Source: Octopus sinensis
Lineage: Eukaryota
Length of the DNA stretch: 64,000 nucleotides
NCBI RefSeq assembly: GCF_006345805.1
Contig: NC_042997.1
Coordinates: 156,178,001 to 156,242,000, forward strand
Reading direction: 5' to 3'
A program made the position numbers and the translations under genes. The notes under the pieces are model-generated. The model was not told where the DNA came from, ran no database searches, and saw only the letters and a program-made list of their open reading frames with translations. Shown one piece after another: positions 63,752-64,000 of this stretch (position 1 is the stretch's first letter; every line of letters starts with the position of its first letter).

Positions 63752-64000
63752 CTAATTTCACATGATAACCATGGCACTCATCTATTTATTTCTCTAATGA
63801 TGATGATAATAATAATAATGATGATGATGATGATGAAAATGATGATGATGATGATGACGATGATGAAAATAATAAAATATAATAATAATAAAAAAAATTA
63901 ATGATGCAAAGAGGAATTTCAATTTTATTATAGTATTAGAAAAAAATCTGAATAAAATAAAATCTGTTATTTTAAAATAAAAATATAGTATACACCAAAT

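Larger units (their letters stand above)
63330..63796. mobile_element. Array of ~161-bp hammerhead-bearing monomers, tandem and inverted (Penelope pseudo-LTR or retrozyme-like)
   Basis: gattatataggactgagg at 63330 and 63491 (period 161); reverse-complement tandem copies at 63565-63796. Confidence 0.85.

Overview
AT-rich, repeat-dominated eukaryotic DNA. The tRNA-derived SINE families and dense microsatellites point to an octopod cephalopod (Octopus-like); this is inference. No host protein-coding gene can be supported, so the window looks like intergenic DNA or one large intron, and nearly all long ORFs in the track are translated microsatellites or SINEs. Recognisable transposon fossils: L1/Tx1, RTE (x3), two R4/Dong-type RLE retrotransposon 3' ends inside (TAA)n, a Penelope-like GIY-YIG fragment, an RT-less Gypsy LTR element, a Chapaev3-like transposase, a full-length Tc1, two mariners, a maT/DD37D element, and hAT, piggyBac and Helitron non-autonomous elements. 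The most interesting signal is RNA-structural. At least four families of minimal Penelope-type hammerhead ribozyme (HHR) motifs occur in tandem or inverted arrangements. Two copies have canonical cores (6318-6357 and 63411-63453, both minus strand). One family of three copies reads GUGAACA instead of CUGANGA, a compensatory swap of the C3-G8 core pair that standard motif searches would miss. The window also has many fold-back inversions (a 336-bp near-perfect hairpin, an 85-bp perfect inverted repeat), a near-identical ~800-bp tandem duplication and a GC-rich 71-bp satellite. None of the ribozymes has been tested; all calls were made by eye.
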